A stretch of DNA of 64,000 bases from Octopus vulgaris. Taxonomy: Eukaryota. Numbering within the stretch: position 1 is the first letter of the stretch; every line of letters starts with the position of its first letter. Both the position numbers and the translations under genes were made by a program. The DNA is taken from NCBI GenBank assembly GCA_951406725.2, contig OX597833.1:66774001-66838000 (forward strand). Reading direction: 5' to 3'. The notes beneath the pieces are model-generated. The model made no database searches, was not told the origin of the DNA, and worked only from the letters and a program-made list of their open reading frames with translations. This document shows, one piece after another, positions 41,750 to 57,172 of this stretch.

Positions 41750-42269
41750 TTATCTATCGATCTATCTATCGTTTTAGTGGTTTACCATTTCGGTAATTTT
41801 GTTCTGTAAGTCGTTGTTGGTAGGACGAAATAATTGTTGCGTGTAAAGGCGAAAATGACCGTTTTAATACAAATATGTATTTCCATAATTTTCATTATCC
41901 GAAACATTTGCATTTACATAAGTATAAATATTATTTGAATAGCACAACGTCTTCATCGCATAAAGTATTTTACTCATATATATGAAAATTGTTCATGTCT
42001 ATTAATCTGTTTATTATAGAAAGCAGACACATCCTTATACCCACTCAAAATTTCATTATTCTAAACGAGAGATGTATTTTAGAGTGTATATAATGCTTTG
42101 CTGAGAAATGTCATGTTTGAAACTGTTTTTGTTGAGACATGTGAAGATTATTCAGACAACGTGATTTGTGAAAAATTTTAATTTAAATTTTTCGTAGATA
42201 TGTAATTCCATTACCGGAATAACCATGATATTAATTTTGCAGTGAGAGTGTTAGAGATAAAATAAGTAG

Positions 42270-42648
42270 ACACAAGGGCCGAAATTTTGGAGGGTGCCAG
42301 TCGATTAGATTGACTGCAGTACGAAACTGGTACTTAATTTATCGACCCCGAAAGAATGAAAAGCAAAGTCGACTTCGGCGGAATTTGAACTCAGAACGTA
42401 ACGGCGGACGAAATACCTATTTCTTTACTACCCACAAGGGGCTAAACCCAGAAGGGACAAACAAGGACAGACAAACGGATTAAGTCGATTATATCGACCC
42501 CAGTGCGTAACTGGTACTTATTTAATCGACCCCGAAAGGATGAAAGGAAAGTCGACCTCGACAGAATTTGAACTCAGTACGTAACGGCAGACGAAATACC
42601 GCTAAACATTACGCCTGGCGTGCTAACGTTTCTGCCAGCTCGCTGCTT
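42270..42648 (-). mobile_element. SINE family A tandem dimer
   Basis: Full unit 42418-42648 joined through gacgaaatacc|tatttc to a head-less unit with a different tail. Confidence 0.88.
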
Positions 42649-42685
42649 TTGATCGAGAATATGTTACCACTAAACCGATAGGATT

Positions 42686-43169
42686 GTGAAGGCCGATGGC
42701 CTAGTCGTTAGAGCAGCGGATTCGCAGTCGAGGGATCGCGGGTTCGAATATTAGACCAGGTGATTTGTGTGTTTATGAGCGAAACACCTAAGCTCCACGC
42801 GGCTCCCGTAGAAAGTAATGGCGAACTTCTGCTGACTCTTTCGCCACAACTTACTCTCACTCTTTCCTCCTGCATGTAGCAGCTCACCTGCAACAGACTA
42901 GCGAGACACAGGATGTGACAAGGCCGTCCTTGAACAAGACACTTTATTTCATATTACTTCAGTCCACTCAGCTGGCAGAAAAGAATTGCATGTATATTTC
43001 AAAGGGCCAGCCCTGTCACATCCTGTGTCACGTTGAATCTCCTTGAGAATTACGTTATGGGTACGCGTGTCCATGGTGTGCTCAGCCACTTGCATGTTAA
43101 TTTCATGAGCACGCTGTTCCGTTGATCCGATTTATTGGAAATCTTGTCATCTTAACTGACGGAGAGCCA
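42686..43169 (+). mobile_element. SINE family C, long variant
   Basis: Head gatggcctagtcgttagagcagcgg..gggttcgaat, an extra internal segment, and the family C tail. Confidence 0.8.
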
Positions 43170-44129
43170 TCAGCGTTCGCTGAAGATTTTGTACCCTAAA
43201 GCAGAACAATTTGGCGGAAAATCTCACAAGACTGACACTTTATTCTACCACTTATTTACTCACACATCGACTGATCTGATTGGTCGAACCATGTTCGCGC
43301 CTGCATTAATACCGATTCATAACATTAAAAAAGATATTTCATTAGCCCTAAGACCTTTAATACCGTTAATCCGGGTCCTTTGTTGCGTATGTGACCGAGA
43401 GCATAAAGTTACCCTGAACCTAATGCTGGTCCGTTGCTGGTTTGAAGGACAGACATTCACGAGTGGATGGGACTAGTCGATTACCCGACCTCAGTACTTG
43501 AATGACAGTATATTTAATCAACCTCCGGTGTTGAACAGAAAGGGGGAAAAAAAAACATTTTCGCCACACCCCCTTCTAATCCTTTTAGTTTTTTTCTTTC
43601 TATAATTAGGGAGACGGCCTCAAGATTTCGGGGAAGGTGGCTAACCAATTTCACCGACCCCAAGGTTCAACGGGAATTTTTTTTTCAAAAACGTATTCAT
43701 GAAAGGCAAAGTCGACCGTGGCAGAATTTGAAACGTGGACGTCCAACCAGAATAAATGCCGTCAGTCATTTTGTTCAACAACAATTCTGCCGCCTCGCCA
43801 TGTTCGCTCATGTCATAACAGGATTAACATATTTCTGAAGGGAAGTTCTCGAGCAGAGGGCGGTGCAGTAAATCCCTGAGACACAATCTACATGATTCCC
43901 GGGTATCTACTTTAATTACTGTTATAAATTAGCGCAATAAATGTATTTCTATTGCTCCATAAACCGAAAGGTTGACGTATACTGCAATAGCGATAGAAAG
44001 ACATAGATTTTTAGATTAGCTTTTTAAATATTCCAATAGGATAACGGAAACATTTCTAGCATATATATTTGTTGAGCTTTTGTTTTTGCATTACATTAAG
44101 CGTATACTCAAGCAGCCATTATATATACA

Positions 44130-44186
<57 letters not shown>

Positions 44187-44283
44187 ATACATATATATAT
44201 AGAGAGAGATATAGATATATATATATATATATGTGTATGTGCCTACGTATAATGTATAATATATATGTATATATAGATGTATA

Positions 44284-44336
<53 letters not shown>

Positions 44337-44432
44337 TGTATGTATGTATGAATATATAATACGCAAATAGCTTGTATATTTTACATAAACAGATACGTAT
44401 ATGTACGTATGATTAAATATATATACGTATAC

Positions 44433-44484
<52 letters not shown>

Positions 44485-45835
44485 ATGTATATATATACAC
44501 GTACATAAACGCATGTACAAACATATATTTGTAAACTATATATATATATATATATATATTCATGGAGAGAGAGAGAGAGAGAGTGACGTATACGTGTGCG
44601 TGTGAGTCTATATGTGCACAGATTTAATGATATCTATGTGGGTGTAGGTATAATGTATACGTATACAGGTAAACACATATACTTTTTGAGTTGTAGTTGA
44701 AATGCTGATTATATTAATAAGGTTATTATATAAACCGTCATTAATATATTCAGTGAAGGAATCTAATAAATTTCATCATTACATCAGAGATTAATGGCGC
44801 CATTAATCTGATGAAGTAATAAATCTAATTTCAAGCAACGAAAATATAAAACAACAACAACAAGAGAAACAAAAATAAACAAACATGATTGTTCTGTTAG
44901 GGATTATTATTAAACGGCTGAAATTCAATTTAATGGTTGAAGCGAAGTTTTAGGAAAACTATCCTCGTATCCACTCATCTCGCCATATATCCAGCCTCCC
45001 AGCAATTTAGACTGGAAAGATTCCATACATACCACTGTACGTATATTTGTATGTATGCATGTGTCAGTAGAGAGTGTTTTTTTTTTGTAGCAACGATGTA
45101 TTGTAATTATTCTTCTCCAATTATTCTCTCATTCTTCTCTCATTCCCCGAACTTCCACCTATCGTCTCTATTTCATTCCCTTGTTTATATACACCTTCCA
45201 AGCAACTACATATCACATTCATAAAATTGCATTCATTTAGAGCATACCTTCCACGTCCCTCTTGTTTCCTCTTTTAACTCACTCCGGTGCCGGTTTCGAT
45301 CCCTTCACAAACACGTACACACATACACACGAGCACAAAATATGATTTCTCACAGAGAAAACTACACCTTCAATCTAACCCTTGTCATTATTCTTTTGCA
45401 GTTTTACAGCTCTTGAAAAACACCCCCTCACACTGCTCCCCCTCATTTCTATCATGTAACAAAGACACCCTCCTATACATATCCACCCCAATATAATTTC
45501 TTAAATCCCTACCCAACAGAAATACATTCTTACTTGCTCCTCACTCCTCACACATTTTTTCCTCACACCTACTATACTATTCATTTGATGAAGCATCGAC
45601 ACACGAAACGTTAAGACTGTTTCCTTCATTTCCTCTACGCTCTTGCCTATTACAGTATTTGTCAAAACTGATCCTCTCCCTGATGTTGTTTGATTGTTGA
45701 TAATCCCGTATACAGTACACAAACACCCACACATCAAAACAAACAATCACACGCACGAGCGTATACATATATAAGTATACACCAATCTTGAATCTGCCAA
45801 TTTGTATTACAAGTTTCCCCTCCACCTCTCTCTCA

Positions 45836-45872
<37 letters not shown>

Positions 45873-45896
45873 TTCATAGTTACTTTGTGACGATTG

Positions 45897-45956
<60 letters not shown>

Positions 45957-45965
45957 TACATATAC

Positions 45966-46004
<39 letters not shown>

Positions 46005-46013
46005 TACATATAC

Positions 46014-46065
<52 letters not shown>

Positions 46066-46067
<2 letters not shown>

Positions 46068-46400
46068 CTGGGACCACATGACCTCTAACAACTGGCCACC
46101 TAACTCTCCAGAATGCAACCTCCTTGATTATTTTGTGTGGGCCTCATCTGAGCGAGAGACCAACAAACTTTGTAACACCAAATGGGAACTGAAGGCAAGG
46201 ATTTTGGCAGCATCCATCAACTTAAACAAGGGAACTGTCCAGAAGAGTTGCAGGAGATTCCGAAATCGTCTGGAGATTGGAACTTAAGCCAATATATATA
46301 AAATTAATCTTTAGAATTTCAAGATATTTTTATGTAATTTTGGTAAATATAGCTATTATAATGAGATGTCAGTATTATTTTCATTTTGCGTAAATTAGGC
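46066..46400 (+). pseudogene. Tc1/mariner-superfamily transposase C-terminal fragment
   Basis: [34 protein letters not shown] fits the WPPNSPDLNPLDY motif of DD37D/maT-like or Tc1-like transposases. Confidence 0.85.
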
Positions 46401-46419
46401 AATGTCTTGACATCACGCA

Positions 46420-46480
<61 letters not shown>

Positions 46481-46511
46481 ACACAAACATCGGGAGTAAA
46501 GTATATATATA

Positions 46512-47183
<672 letters not shown>

Positions 47184-47320
47184 TACCTATCTATATATTG
47201 GATATATATTATCCCATGGTGGGTTGAATTTTCAACCTATCTCATTTTATAACCTATATCTATATATATATATATATATATATATATGTAAAATAATATG
47301 TGGCAATTATTCAGTAGCCA

Positions 47321-47385
47321 AGATGAAACTCTGAGTTTCGGATATGCCGAGGTGGAAATCCACAACACCATATCTTCGGTTATCT
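47321..47385 (-). ncRNA. Hammerhead-like motif (U4C variant)
   Basis: Minus strand: agataa CCGAAGA tatg..cata tcc GAAAC tcaga GTT tcatct. Confidence 0.55.
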
Positions 47386-47424
47386 GGCCATTGAACAATT
47401 GTCCCATGTTATTTTATAGATAAA

Positions 47425-47820
47425 CTAGCAGTATCGCTCGGCGTTGCTCGGGTTTGTAAGGGAAATAATTATATAAGCATTTTTAGAGATGTAAAGTATA
47501 ATATCCATCTCAATATGGCTAACCACAAAGGGGGGGTGTTACTGTAGCTTTTTACGTTCTGAGACTTAATAATACATTTTTAGAGAGTTACTTCCCTTAT
47601 ATATGCCAAAAATGCATTAAAAATGGAAAAAATCGATGTTAATTTTTTTTTTAAATCGTAGACTCATCGTAGACGCGCGCTAATACCCAGAAGGGCTCGA
47701 TATGAATCACGACTATAAGATACCCGCTTTTGGTTAAACTGCACCGCAAAATGTGGGAGTAGTTAGGAATCTAAATCGTAGGAGACAGACAGCACACAAC
47801 CTTACTTTTATATATAAAGA
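47425..47820 (-). mobile_element. Non-autonomous Helitron, third interior variant
   Basis: Plus strand a|ctagcagtatcgctcggcgttgctcggg...tatatataaaga|t. Unique insert at about 47490-47575. Confidence 0.9.
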
Positions 47821-47867
47821 TTTCCTTTACATAATATTGAGGTCTCTTTCTTTCTTTTGTTATCTTA

Positions 47868-47911
<44 letters not shown>

Positions 47912-48589
47912 GTCTTGGTCATCATTTCTAATTCTACCTGTTAAGCTCCATCCATCCATCCATCCATCCATCCATCTAAACAACCAGCCAAGAAACCAAC
48001 CAACCAGCCAGCTGGCAAGCCTACCAACCATCCAACCAGCCAACAATACTATTTATTATTACGCAAATTCTGACAGGTTGAAGCTTCTATTAACATTGTC
48101 AGTTATCACATTTTCATTCGATATTGTCAACAAGAATTAACCTTAGTCGTCCTGTTATCTTTCCACCATGAATTAGCGTTTAGATATGTGTAATAGTTAA
48201 TACTGCGTAACAGAGAAACGCATACATTCGCACAGACACATATATATACGCATTTGTACATGTATATATGTATATCTATACACGCCTGTACACACATATA
48301 TATATATATACTCCCGCAAACGTATTTGAATGTGTGAGCATGAGTTTGAATATGTTTGTGCATGTGTGTTTATGTGTGTGTGTGTGTGTATTACTTTTAC
48401 AGCGGTCATGCTGGGGCACCGCCTTGACGGTTTCAGTTGATCAATTCGGCTTCAGTGATTGTGGTGTAAACGTGTCCGTTGTCGAACCGCTAGGTTATAA
48501 GAACAGAAGCAAAACAAAACCGCTTATCAAGCGATGGAAGCGAAAAAAAGCACAAAGACTAAGACATACGCATACATACAGACACACAC

Positions 48590-48649
<60 letters not shown>

Positions 48650-48734
48650 CTAATGTAGGATATTATTTTTTTCGGGAAAATTTTTTTATCAATGGCCAGC
48701 ATATCAAAAAATACCTTTAAGGTTAAATTTATAA

Positions 48735-48865
48735 ATAATTTACAAAAATAAGGGCAAAAGAAAAATTCTAATGCCAAATATGCCGAAAAAAAGACAAAAA
48801 TTGACAATTTATGTCTTTTTTCGGCATATTTGGCATTACAATTTTTCTTTTGCTATTAGTTTTGT

Positions 48866-48872
<7 letters not shown>
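48735..48872. repeat. Palindrome of about 138 bp with a 1-nt centre
   Basis: taatgccaaatatgccgaaaaaaagacaaaaattg a caatttatgtcttttttcggcatatttggcatta. Confidence 0.92.
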
Positions 48873-48899
<27 letters not shown>

Positions 48900-48904
<5 letters not shown>

Positions 48905-49428
48905 AAATAGAAAATGGGGCAAGAGCGTAAAATATCCGGACAACTAGGTGTTTCAAAAGGGGACAACAATACATCCAAATAGACGATACCGAAAAAAAAA
49001 AACGGACGGGTCATTCGAAGCCTTTTATCTTCAGTCAAGAATCGGATGATCCTCGTAATTTCGGCTGATTAATCTTGAGATTGCTCGAATCTGGTCAGCC
49101 CCAAAGAAAAAACTAAGCTAAGAGCTTTAGATTCCTTGGAAAAAAAGCAACGAATTTATACGAAACAAAGACAGAAAAACAGATGCTACACGAATATCAA
49201 TACAAAATACAATAAAAAACAATTATAATAATGATAACAGGACATAACAACAGGCGTCTTTCGACTGGGAACGAATTGAATTCAGCCGGCGTGTATGGAA
49301 ATAAAGCCTTATTATTGTTTTTTTAATTGTATTTTGTATTTATATTTGTGTAACATCGTCTGTTTTTCCGTCCTTGTTTCGTATGCATTCGTTGCTTTTT
49401 TCCAAGGAATCTAGTGCTCTTAGCTTAT
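48900..49428. mobile_element. Unclassified element with internal inverted repeats of about 115 bp
   Basis: taagctaagagctttagattccttggaaaa..aacgaat (49113-49225) pairs with ..attcgttgcttttttccaaggaatctagtgctcttagctta (49310-49428). Confidence 0.75.
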
Positions 49429-50471
49429 GTACATGTATATATATCTGTGGATGTGTGTGTGTATGTAAACCCGCATAACGTCTGCTGGTTTACACACACA
49501 CAAGTGAGTTTCTCCACACTTGGAACTTACATTACTTATGTTCCAGAGATGCTTTTAGACTCTTAAATATTTCGCATAATGAGTAATGAGGCCTGTGGGG
49601 AACGTATGACTGCCCACACGGTGCACGCTTTGCTTCTTTTTAAAGTGGAAAAGACACCTACTGAAATGATATAAGCAGGTTGTATCAAATAGATGATCCG
49701 ATGTAGACTGCAAACTGCATAGACTAATATGTAGCAATAAAAGCCTGTTCCCTTAGTTCCATAGACAGCAATTTGTTGGAATAAAAACCGTTTGAAATGC
49801 ACTAGGTTTATTATGAAACATATGCTACAATATATTAATTCCTGAGCAGCTATTCGACTATTTTGTTTCGATTCAGTATAAAAGTCTTCCTTCTAATCAT
49901 AGACGAATCCCATACAAATATTCTTCAGCTATTTGTTAGAAACCGAAATATCCCATCTACATTAACCTACTACTCACCCAATGTTTTCACTGTCCTGCTT
50001 TTGTTAGCAGCTTTGACGTTCCACGGATCTCAAATTTTATTTAATTTGCTTTGGGGGAGCAATTGCTTTGATGAAGACGTATCTTGTTCCACTGCCCGCA
50101 ATACGGAGTAGGTAAATTTGCCAACAATTGAGGAAGGGTTGTGTTTTTTTTATGCTGCCTTCGCGCTATAGTTATCAATATATAATGGAAATTCTCCCAA
50201 CCTAACCCAACCTAACCCAACCCAACCACGATAGTTAGACACTGTGTCCTTAATGCTACCTTGCCTGCCCGGACGGTGCACGAAGAATTGTTTTCGGTTG
50301 AGAGATGAGTCGTCCTTACAAGGGTCGCACGCTGTTTACCCGAAGGAGTGCACGGTTGGGCCACGACTATTGATTCCAAATCGAAATATTCAAGCGCTTT
50401 TCTTGCCACTCCCACTCTCTTACCACGTCATTCCTTTCAAGTAGATTTCTCCCAAGTGTTGCAATTGTACA

Positions 50472-50513
<42 letters not shown>

Positions 50514-51816
50514 TTTACTTGTTTCAGTCTTTAGATTGTGGCCACGCTGGGGCACCACATTGGAAGGTTTAGTTGCACAAATCAAATCCAGTACTTGTCT
50601 ATGTCTGGTACGAATTCTGTTGGTCGCTTTTGCTGAGACTATATTACGGGATCGTAATTAAACAATATGTACATATATACACATACGTACATGCGTGCAT
50701 ACATACATATACACATACATACATATATACATACATACGTACATATATGTACATGTATATATATACATACAAACATATATATGTACACACACACACACAC
50801 ACACATACACACACACACATATATATATATATATAAATATGCATATATATATATATATATATATGTATATGTACATATATATGTATAGACAGACAGACAC
50901 ACACACACAAATATACAAACATAAAATTTGCTTATTCTGCATAAGTCTGGGACAGAATTCGGTTCTATTGAGAACGTTACATGGATGTCAACGTTGGAAT
51001 TGGTGAATCACGATTATTTGAGGTAGATTTATGCAATTTAAATACCTGCAAGTACATTTGCTTCATTCTCAGATAGATAGATAGATGGGTAGATAGATAG
51101 ATAGATAGATAGATAAATAGACGAATAGACAAATAGATAGATAGATAGAGAGAGAGAGTTTGGATGGAAGAAAGGGAAAATGACGGGTATGTTGAAGAGA
51201 AGAGGAGGGAGGTGTTGGGAATCAGGAACTAACGTACTGATGTAATTACCAATGCCAGACACATTGTGGCCTACCAATGTTGGAACTGCCGATCGTAACG
51301 CATACACACACATACATACATACGTTTCTATATCTCTTCCTCTTCGGCTGAAATTTAATTAATAAGATAAAGTTGGAACAATTTGTTTCAATTAAGCTGT
51401 GGCTTTATGCATCGCATCACAAGCTATCACAGCTTATACGTATCACTGGTGAAACATAGGATGTGTTCCATCATTCGAGGGGGGAAGCCATGTGAAAAAT
51501 TATTTCAATATGTGCATAGACAAACGCAAGACATACAGACAGAGTGACTCTGACATGCAATCATAAATGGATGTATATTTGTATAAATAATCTCTGTGTG
51601 TGTATATATATATATATGTATATATGTATGTGTGTGTGTGTGTTTATAAACACTCATACACAGAGAGAGATATACACGCACAACACACAGTCATACAAAC
51701 AAACCATTTATATATATATATATATATATTCAGACGTTCACCCGAGGTATATGTATATACGAGCATATATACGCATGTAATAATGCATATCAAGTTTCTC
51801 ATGCTCCTATGCAATA

Positions 51817-51867
<51 letters not shown>

Positions 51868-51972
51868 TATATATTTATATATATATGAATATATATATAT
51901 ATATGAATATATATATACATATATGAATATATATATATATATGCATACATATCTATATATGTATATATATAT

Positions 51973-52032
<60 letters not shown>

Positions 52033-52475
52033 ATATATATACCAATACACACTCGCACACATATATATACATACAAATATTCACACATAATATGCATATA
52101 TTATGCGCACATATATGTATGAGTGTATTATATACATGCACATATATATATCTGGTGCGTGTTCGTGCGCATGGATGTGTTAATATATGCATATTTGTGC
52201 ATGTAAATATACAATGCTCAGAGAAACGGTTCGTGTATATGTGCACAGGATGCCATCCACGTATATTGAATATTTATATTCGAATTTATGCATGCGAGTG
52301 TATTTGTATTTCTACACATATCTCTTATGCAAATACTTTACGCATTTACTAAATATCTGCATATCTATATCTATATCTATATCTATCTCTCTGTATATAT
52401 ATAAATACATATATAAGTGGATCGTTACACACGATTGAAATCATACATATGCACACATACATATATTCATACATA

Positions 52476-52654
<179 letters not shown>

Positions 52655-52838
52655 GAAATAGAAAGATGAATAATCTTGTTGCAGATTAATCAAAAGTTTA
52701 ACCGATACCTTGGTAGCAAAAAGACACAATATGGTCTCCTTATTCAATCGGAATTTGGTAAATTGTGCCTTTCGAAACACGTGTAGAATGCAATAAAACG
52801 ATTTCTGTTCAATCTTCGTTCAACTCCATTTCTTCAAT

Positions 52839-52886
<48 letters not shown>

Positions 52887-53282
52887 GCGAGAGGTAATGC
52901 AAGCAGACGACAGAGGATAACTCTCTGCTTAGTTGCAATATTGCAATGTATTAATTTCAAGCTAAATATTATTACACTTTTATTTAACCACTTCGAATTT
53001 CATCTTTGCATTTTCAAGGAGCTTGACAGGAAATTTGTGAGGCTCATATTTTTATATAGATAATCTACGTAATGATAATACCATGTCTATTCATTCTTAA
53101 TACGTTTTGGTGGATGCGAACGTGGATGTACTTATCGCTGCTGCATTTCTTTTTCAGAGAACATCTCCGTCTGGATGATGTCCCTTTATAAATCATTCGA
53201 TACTTTCAGGCAAAGGGGCTCCAAGTCTCCGCGGTGCTTCAGTTTCGGTGTGTATCTCTTTTGATTCCTCGAACATACTGGT

Positions 53283-53475
53283 TTCAATGTTTGGCACAAA
53301 GCCGGAAAGGCTGGTGTGGGGTGGAGTCGATTACATCAACCTCCAATATTTCACTGGTACTTAATTTATCGTCCCCGAAAGAATGAAAGGCAAAGTCGAC
53401 CTCGGCGGAATTTGAACTCAGAGGATAAGGATGAACGAAATGCCGCTAAGCATTTCGCCCGGCACGCTAACGATT
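53283..53475 (-). mobile_element. SINE family A
   Basis: ctggtacttaatttatcg..ggcaaagtcgacctcggcggaatttgaactcag..gctaagcatttcgcccggc. Confidence 0.85.
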
Positions 53476-54179
53476 GTTATGAACGCAAATCGTCAAAATT
53501 CAGGACGTGTCCTCTGATGATGAAAAGCAACAGCGATACATGTTTGAATCTGCCAGAACGTACTGTGAATGAAGTGATGTGTTATTGGTTGGATTATCGC
53601 TGTTTTGTGCGCACCCAACGACTTATAATATTTATTGTTATTGCAATATTTATTGTTATTGCGTTTCTGAAGTTTAAAAAAATGATAAATAAATATTAAG
53701 TATGACTAGTTGTCGTAATACGGAGGAGCATATGTGTGACTTATATGGATGGCAAGTGAGCGAATTTTTGTAATAAACATAAGTTGTGAATTATGATTAA
53801 GTATAAGAATTCATAACTGTAAAAGGTTTTAAGGAATTTTAAAAGATCATATACGCATGTGTGAATTTTGCATAATGAAAGTAACTTGAAGAAGCCAATA
53901 AAATTATATTTTAATTAATTGAAAATATTCGATACTTCCTGAGCAGTAGACATTTGGAATATTAAAAATATCTCATAACATGACACGGCGCCTTTTAGAT
54001 ATCAGGGAAAGATCATCACCAATGCGTGCAGAATATGTAAATATGCAATTGAAGCTGATTCTTGTTTCGAAGATGCTATTTACCCGCAAATTTACTTTAG
54101 ATGTCGCCAGGTTGTATACCAACAACACGAATATATAATGAAGTAATTTATCAGCATCCTACTAATAAAAATACACATA

Positions 54180-54340
54180 GGTGCAGGAGAGGCTGTGTGG
54201 TTAGAGCTTGCTTCCCAACCACGTTGTTCCGGGTTCAGTCCCACTGCGTGACACCTTGTGCATATATCTTCTATAATAGCCTCGGACGAACCAAAACCTT
54301 ATCAGTGGATTTGGCAGGCAAGAACTGAAAGAAACCCGTC

Positions 54341-54404
<64 letters not shown>

Positions 54405-54640
54405 GTATATATATGTATGTATGTATGTATATTTGTGTATGTCTGTTTGTCCCCCACTATTGCTTGACAACCGATGTTGGTGTGTTTACCTCCCCGTAAC
54501 TTAGCAGTTCGGCAAAAGAGGCAATAGAATAAGTACTAGGCTTACATAAGATAAGTCCTGGGGTCGATTTATTCGATTAAAGACGTTGCTCCAGCATGGC
54601 CGAAGTGAAATGACTGAAACAAATAAATGAATAAAAGAAT
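54180..54640 (+). mobile_element. SINE family B with internal (TA)n/(TATG)n
   Basis: Head, CORE-like segment and tail all recognisable. Confidence 0.88.
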
Positions 54641-54685
54641 AGATGGAAACTCACCTGTGTCACCCCCATGTTGATCAACCGCCCC

Positions 54686-54957
54686 CCACCACCACCACCA
54701 CCACCACCACCACCACCACCACCACCACACCACCACCACCACCACCACCACCACCACCACCACTACCACCACCACCACCACCACCACCACCACCACCACC
54801 ACCACCACCACCACCACCACCACCACCACCACCACCACCACCACCACCACCACCACCACCAACACCAACACCACCACCAACACCACCACCACCACCACCA
54901 CCACCACCACCACCACCACCACCACCACCACCACCACCACCAACACCACCACCACTA
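54686..54957. repeat. (CCA)n microsatellite, about 270 bp
   Basis: Nearly pure cca run that gives the poly-P/H/T ORFs. Confidence 0.96.
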
Positions 54958-54985
54958 CACAGCCCAAGAAATTTCCCTCCACTAA

Positions 54986-55023
<38 letters not shown>

Positions 55024-55039
55024 ATTTATCTAAATCGAA

Positions 55040-55335
55040 AGGAGAGAGAGAGAGGTTACCTGCCTGAGGTTACCGTGGTCTTTTTCGTAGGCTTTTCTTT
55101 CCACGGATACACCTAAACTTGCTTTTTACATCTATAAAATTCTTCTGTCATACACGATCTCTTTTGATCATTTTTTTATCCCGAACCCTTTTTGATCGGA
55201 ATTTTACTTTTTTTCTCTCATTTTTCCCTTTTGCTTTTTCATTTTTATTTTCATTTTCGAAAAGAAAAGCACTACATTTGTATTTGTCCCCTGTGTGTTC
55301 AGCCTTCCGTGGCCAATAAAGAAAGTTTCCTATCT
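55040..55335 (+). mobile_element. 3' UTR fragment of a Tx1-like LINE
   Basis: Ends tgtatttgtcccctgtgtgttcagccttccgtggccaataaagaaag then tatctatc, similar to 41475-41530. Confidence 0.65.
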
Positions 55336-55590
55336 ATCTAGCTATGTATGTATGTATGTATGTATGTATGTATGTATGTATGTATGTATGTATGTATGTA
55401 TGTATGTATGTATGTATGTATGTATCTATCTGTCTGTCTGTATATATATATGTACACGAATATGTGTATGATGTGCATGTATTTGTATACTACGTGTATA
55501 AATATATATATATATATATAACACATATATAGATTTATGTATGTATATATTCATAGATATATGTATATGTAAATATACGTGTATATATAT

Positions 55591-55655
<65 letters not shown>

Positions 55656-55794
55656 ATAAATACATGCGTGTGTATGTATTTGCATATACATGCTCATATA
55701 TGCATATGCATGTGTGTGTGCGAGTCTCTGATTGTGCATATGTATCTACAAATATATACATGTATATATATATATATCTATATATAGTCATCAA

Positions 55795-55935
55795 ATGCTT
55801 TAATCTCCAAGAATTTGAACTGCAATATAATGCTTTAATCTCCAAGAATTTGATGACAATATAATGCTTTAATTAATTCTACCCCTTTTTTTGATGACAA
55901 TATAATGCTTTAATCTCCAAGAATTTGAACTGCAG
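55795..55935. repeat. Minisatellite of about 35 bp, 4 units
   Basis: aatgctttaatctccaagaatttga(actg/tga)caatat repeated. Confidence 0.9.
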
Positions 55936-56922
55936 TATATCTATATATATATATGTATATATATATATAGGCACGTATGCGAGCAATTATAGAGAGAAAG
56001 ATTTGGAGATAACGTGGAGGTGGGGAAATTTGGAAAGCAGAAAAAATACGTAAAAAAAAAAACAAACAAAACAAATGATAATGAACGCTGGAATTGTTCT
56101 GTTCTTATAATAAAATATCCATTATTTATAGAATCACCGAAGAAATACGCCATTTAATTTTATTTTGTGCGAGTTTATTTAAAGAATGAGGATGTTGCCC
56201 TCCTGGCACCACGATGTCTTTGCCGGTTGTTAACCTTTTCTTTGAAATGATATAATAATACATCTGTTTTACATAAACCATGATAGTTAACTGTTTTATG
56301 AGGGGGAACCTGCGTAAATGTTCATTAAAAAGAGATACATCAATCCAACAAGGAATCTGTCAGCATAATTGAAAGCCTAAAACTAAAAAGTGCCTTCGCC
56401 AATACAGAACCTTGTTGACAATATTTGGTTTGAAACGCAGCCTTCGAGAGATAAATGATTCTAAGGGGCAGGAGGTCCCTATTGAGTTTTCCTTCTTTTA
56501 CATAAATATATATCTGAATTACTGTGTCGACTTACGCTTTTTTGTTGTTGAAAAATTGAAATTTCCCAAACAAATTTTTTCGGGAAAAATGAGAATTGGG
56601 GCGCGGGTGGGAGAGTATGTGAGGGGTGGGGGATGGAAATTTTTTAAATGCGATTTTTGAAATTTTTTTCTCAGAATCGGTTTCTCCATAAGCAAAAACG
56701 TGAGATTCCGCAAAAGAAAAAATAATCAATATATATCCGTTTTACCGGAAGTTATGACGGAAAAATCGGATGATGTGAATTTTCCGTAAGTCCTCTCTCC
56801 ATCCATTCACCCAGGATCGTCAGCGCGCATTTTCTTTTTCATATTCGTTTTCTACATACTTATTCATACAGCAGGTTGTTTTTTTTGGTTCCCGGGCGAT
56901 ATTTATATACTTACATATGTGT

Positions 56923-56979
<57 letters not shown>

Positions 56980-57140
56980 CTGAAATTGCACGTGAGGTTC
57001 TGCTGAAAATATAGGGTGATACACATGCATTCAAATATGAGTGCATTGCGTCTCAGAGCTGAAACAGCTGTAAGCTAATGTAGTTCACAACGTAATTTCT
57101 AATTCTCTTATTTTAATACCTTACCTCACCTCTCTCTCTG

Positions 57141-57172
<32 letters not shown>

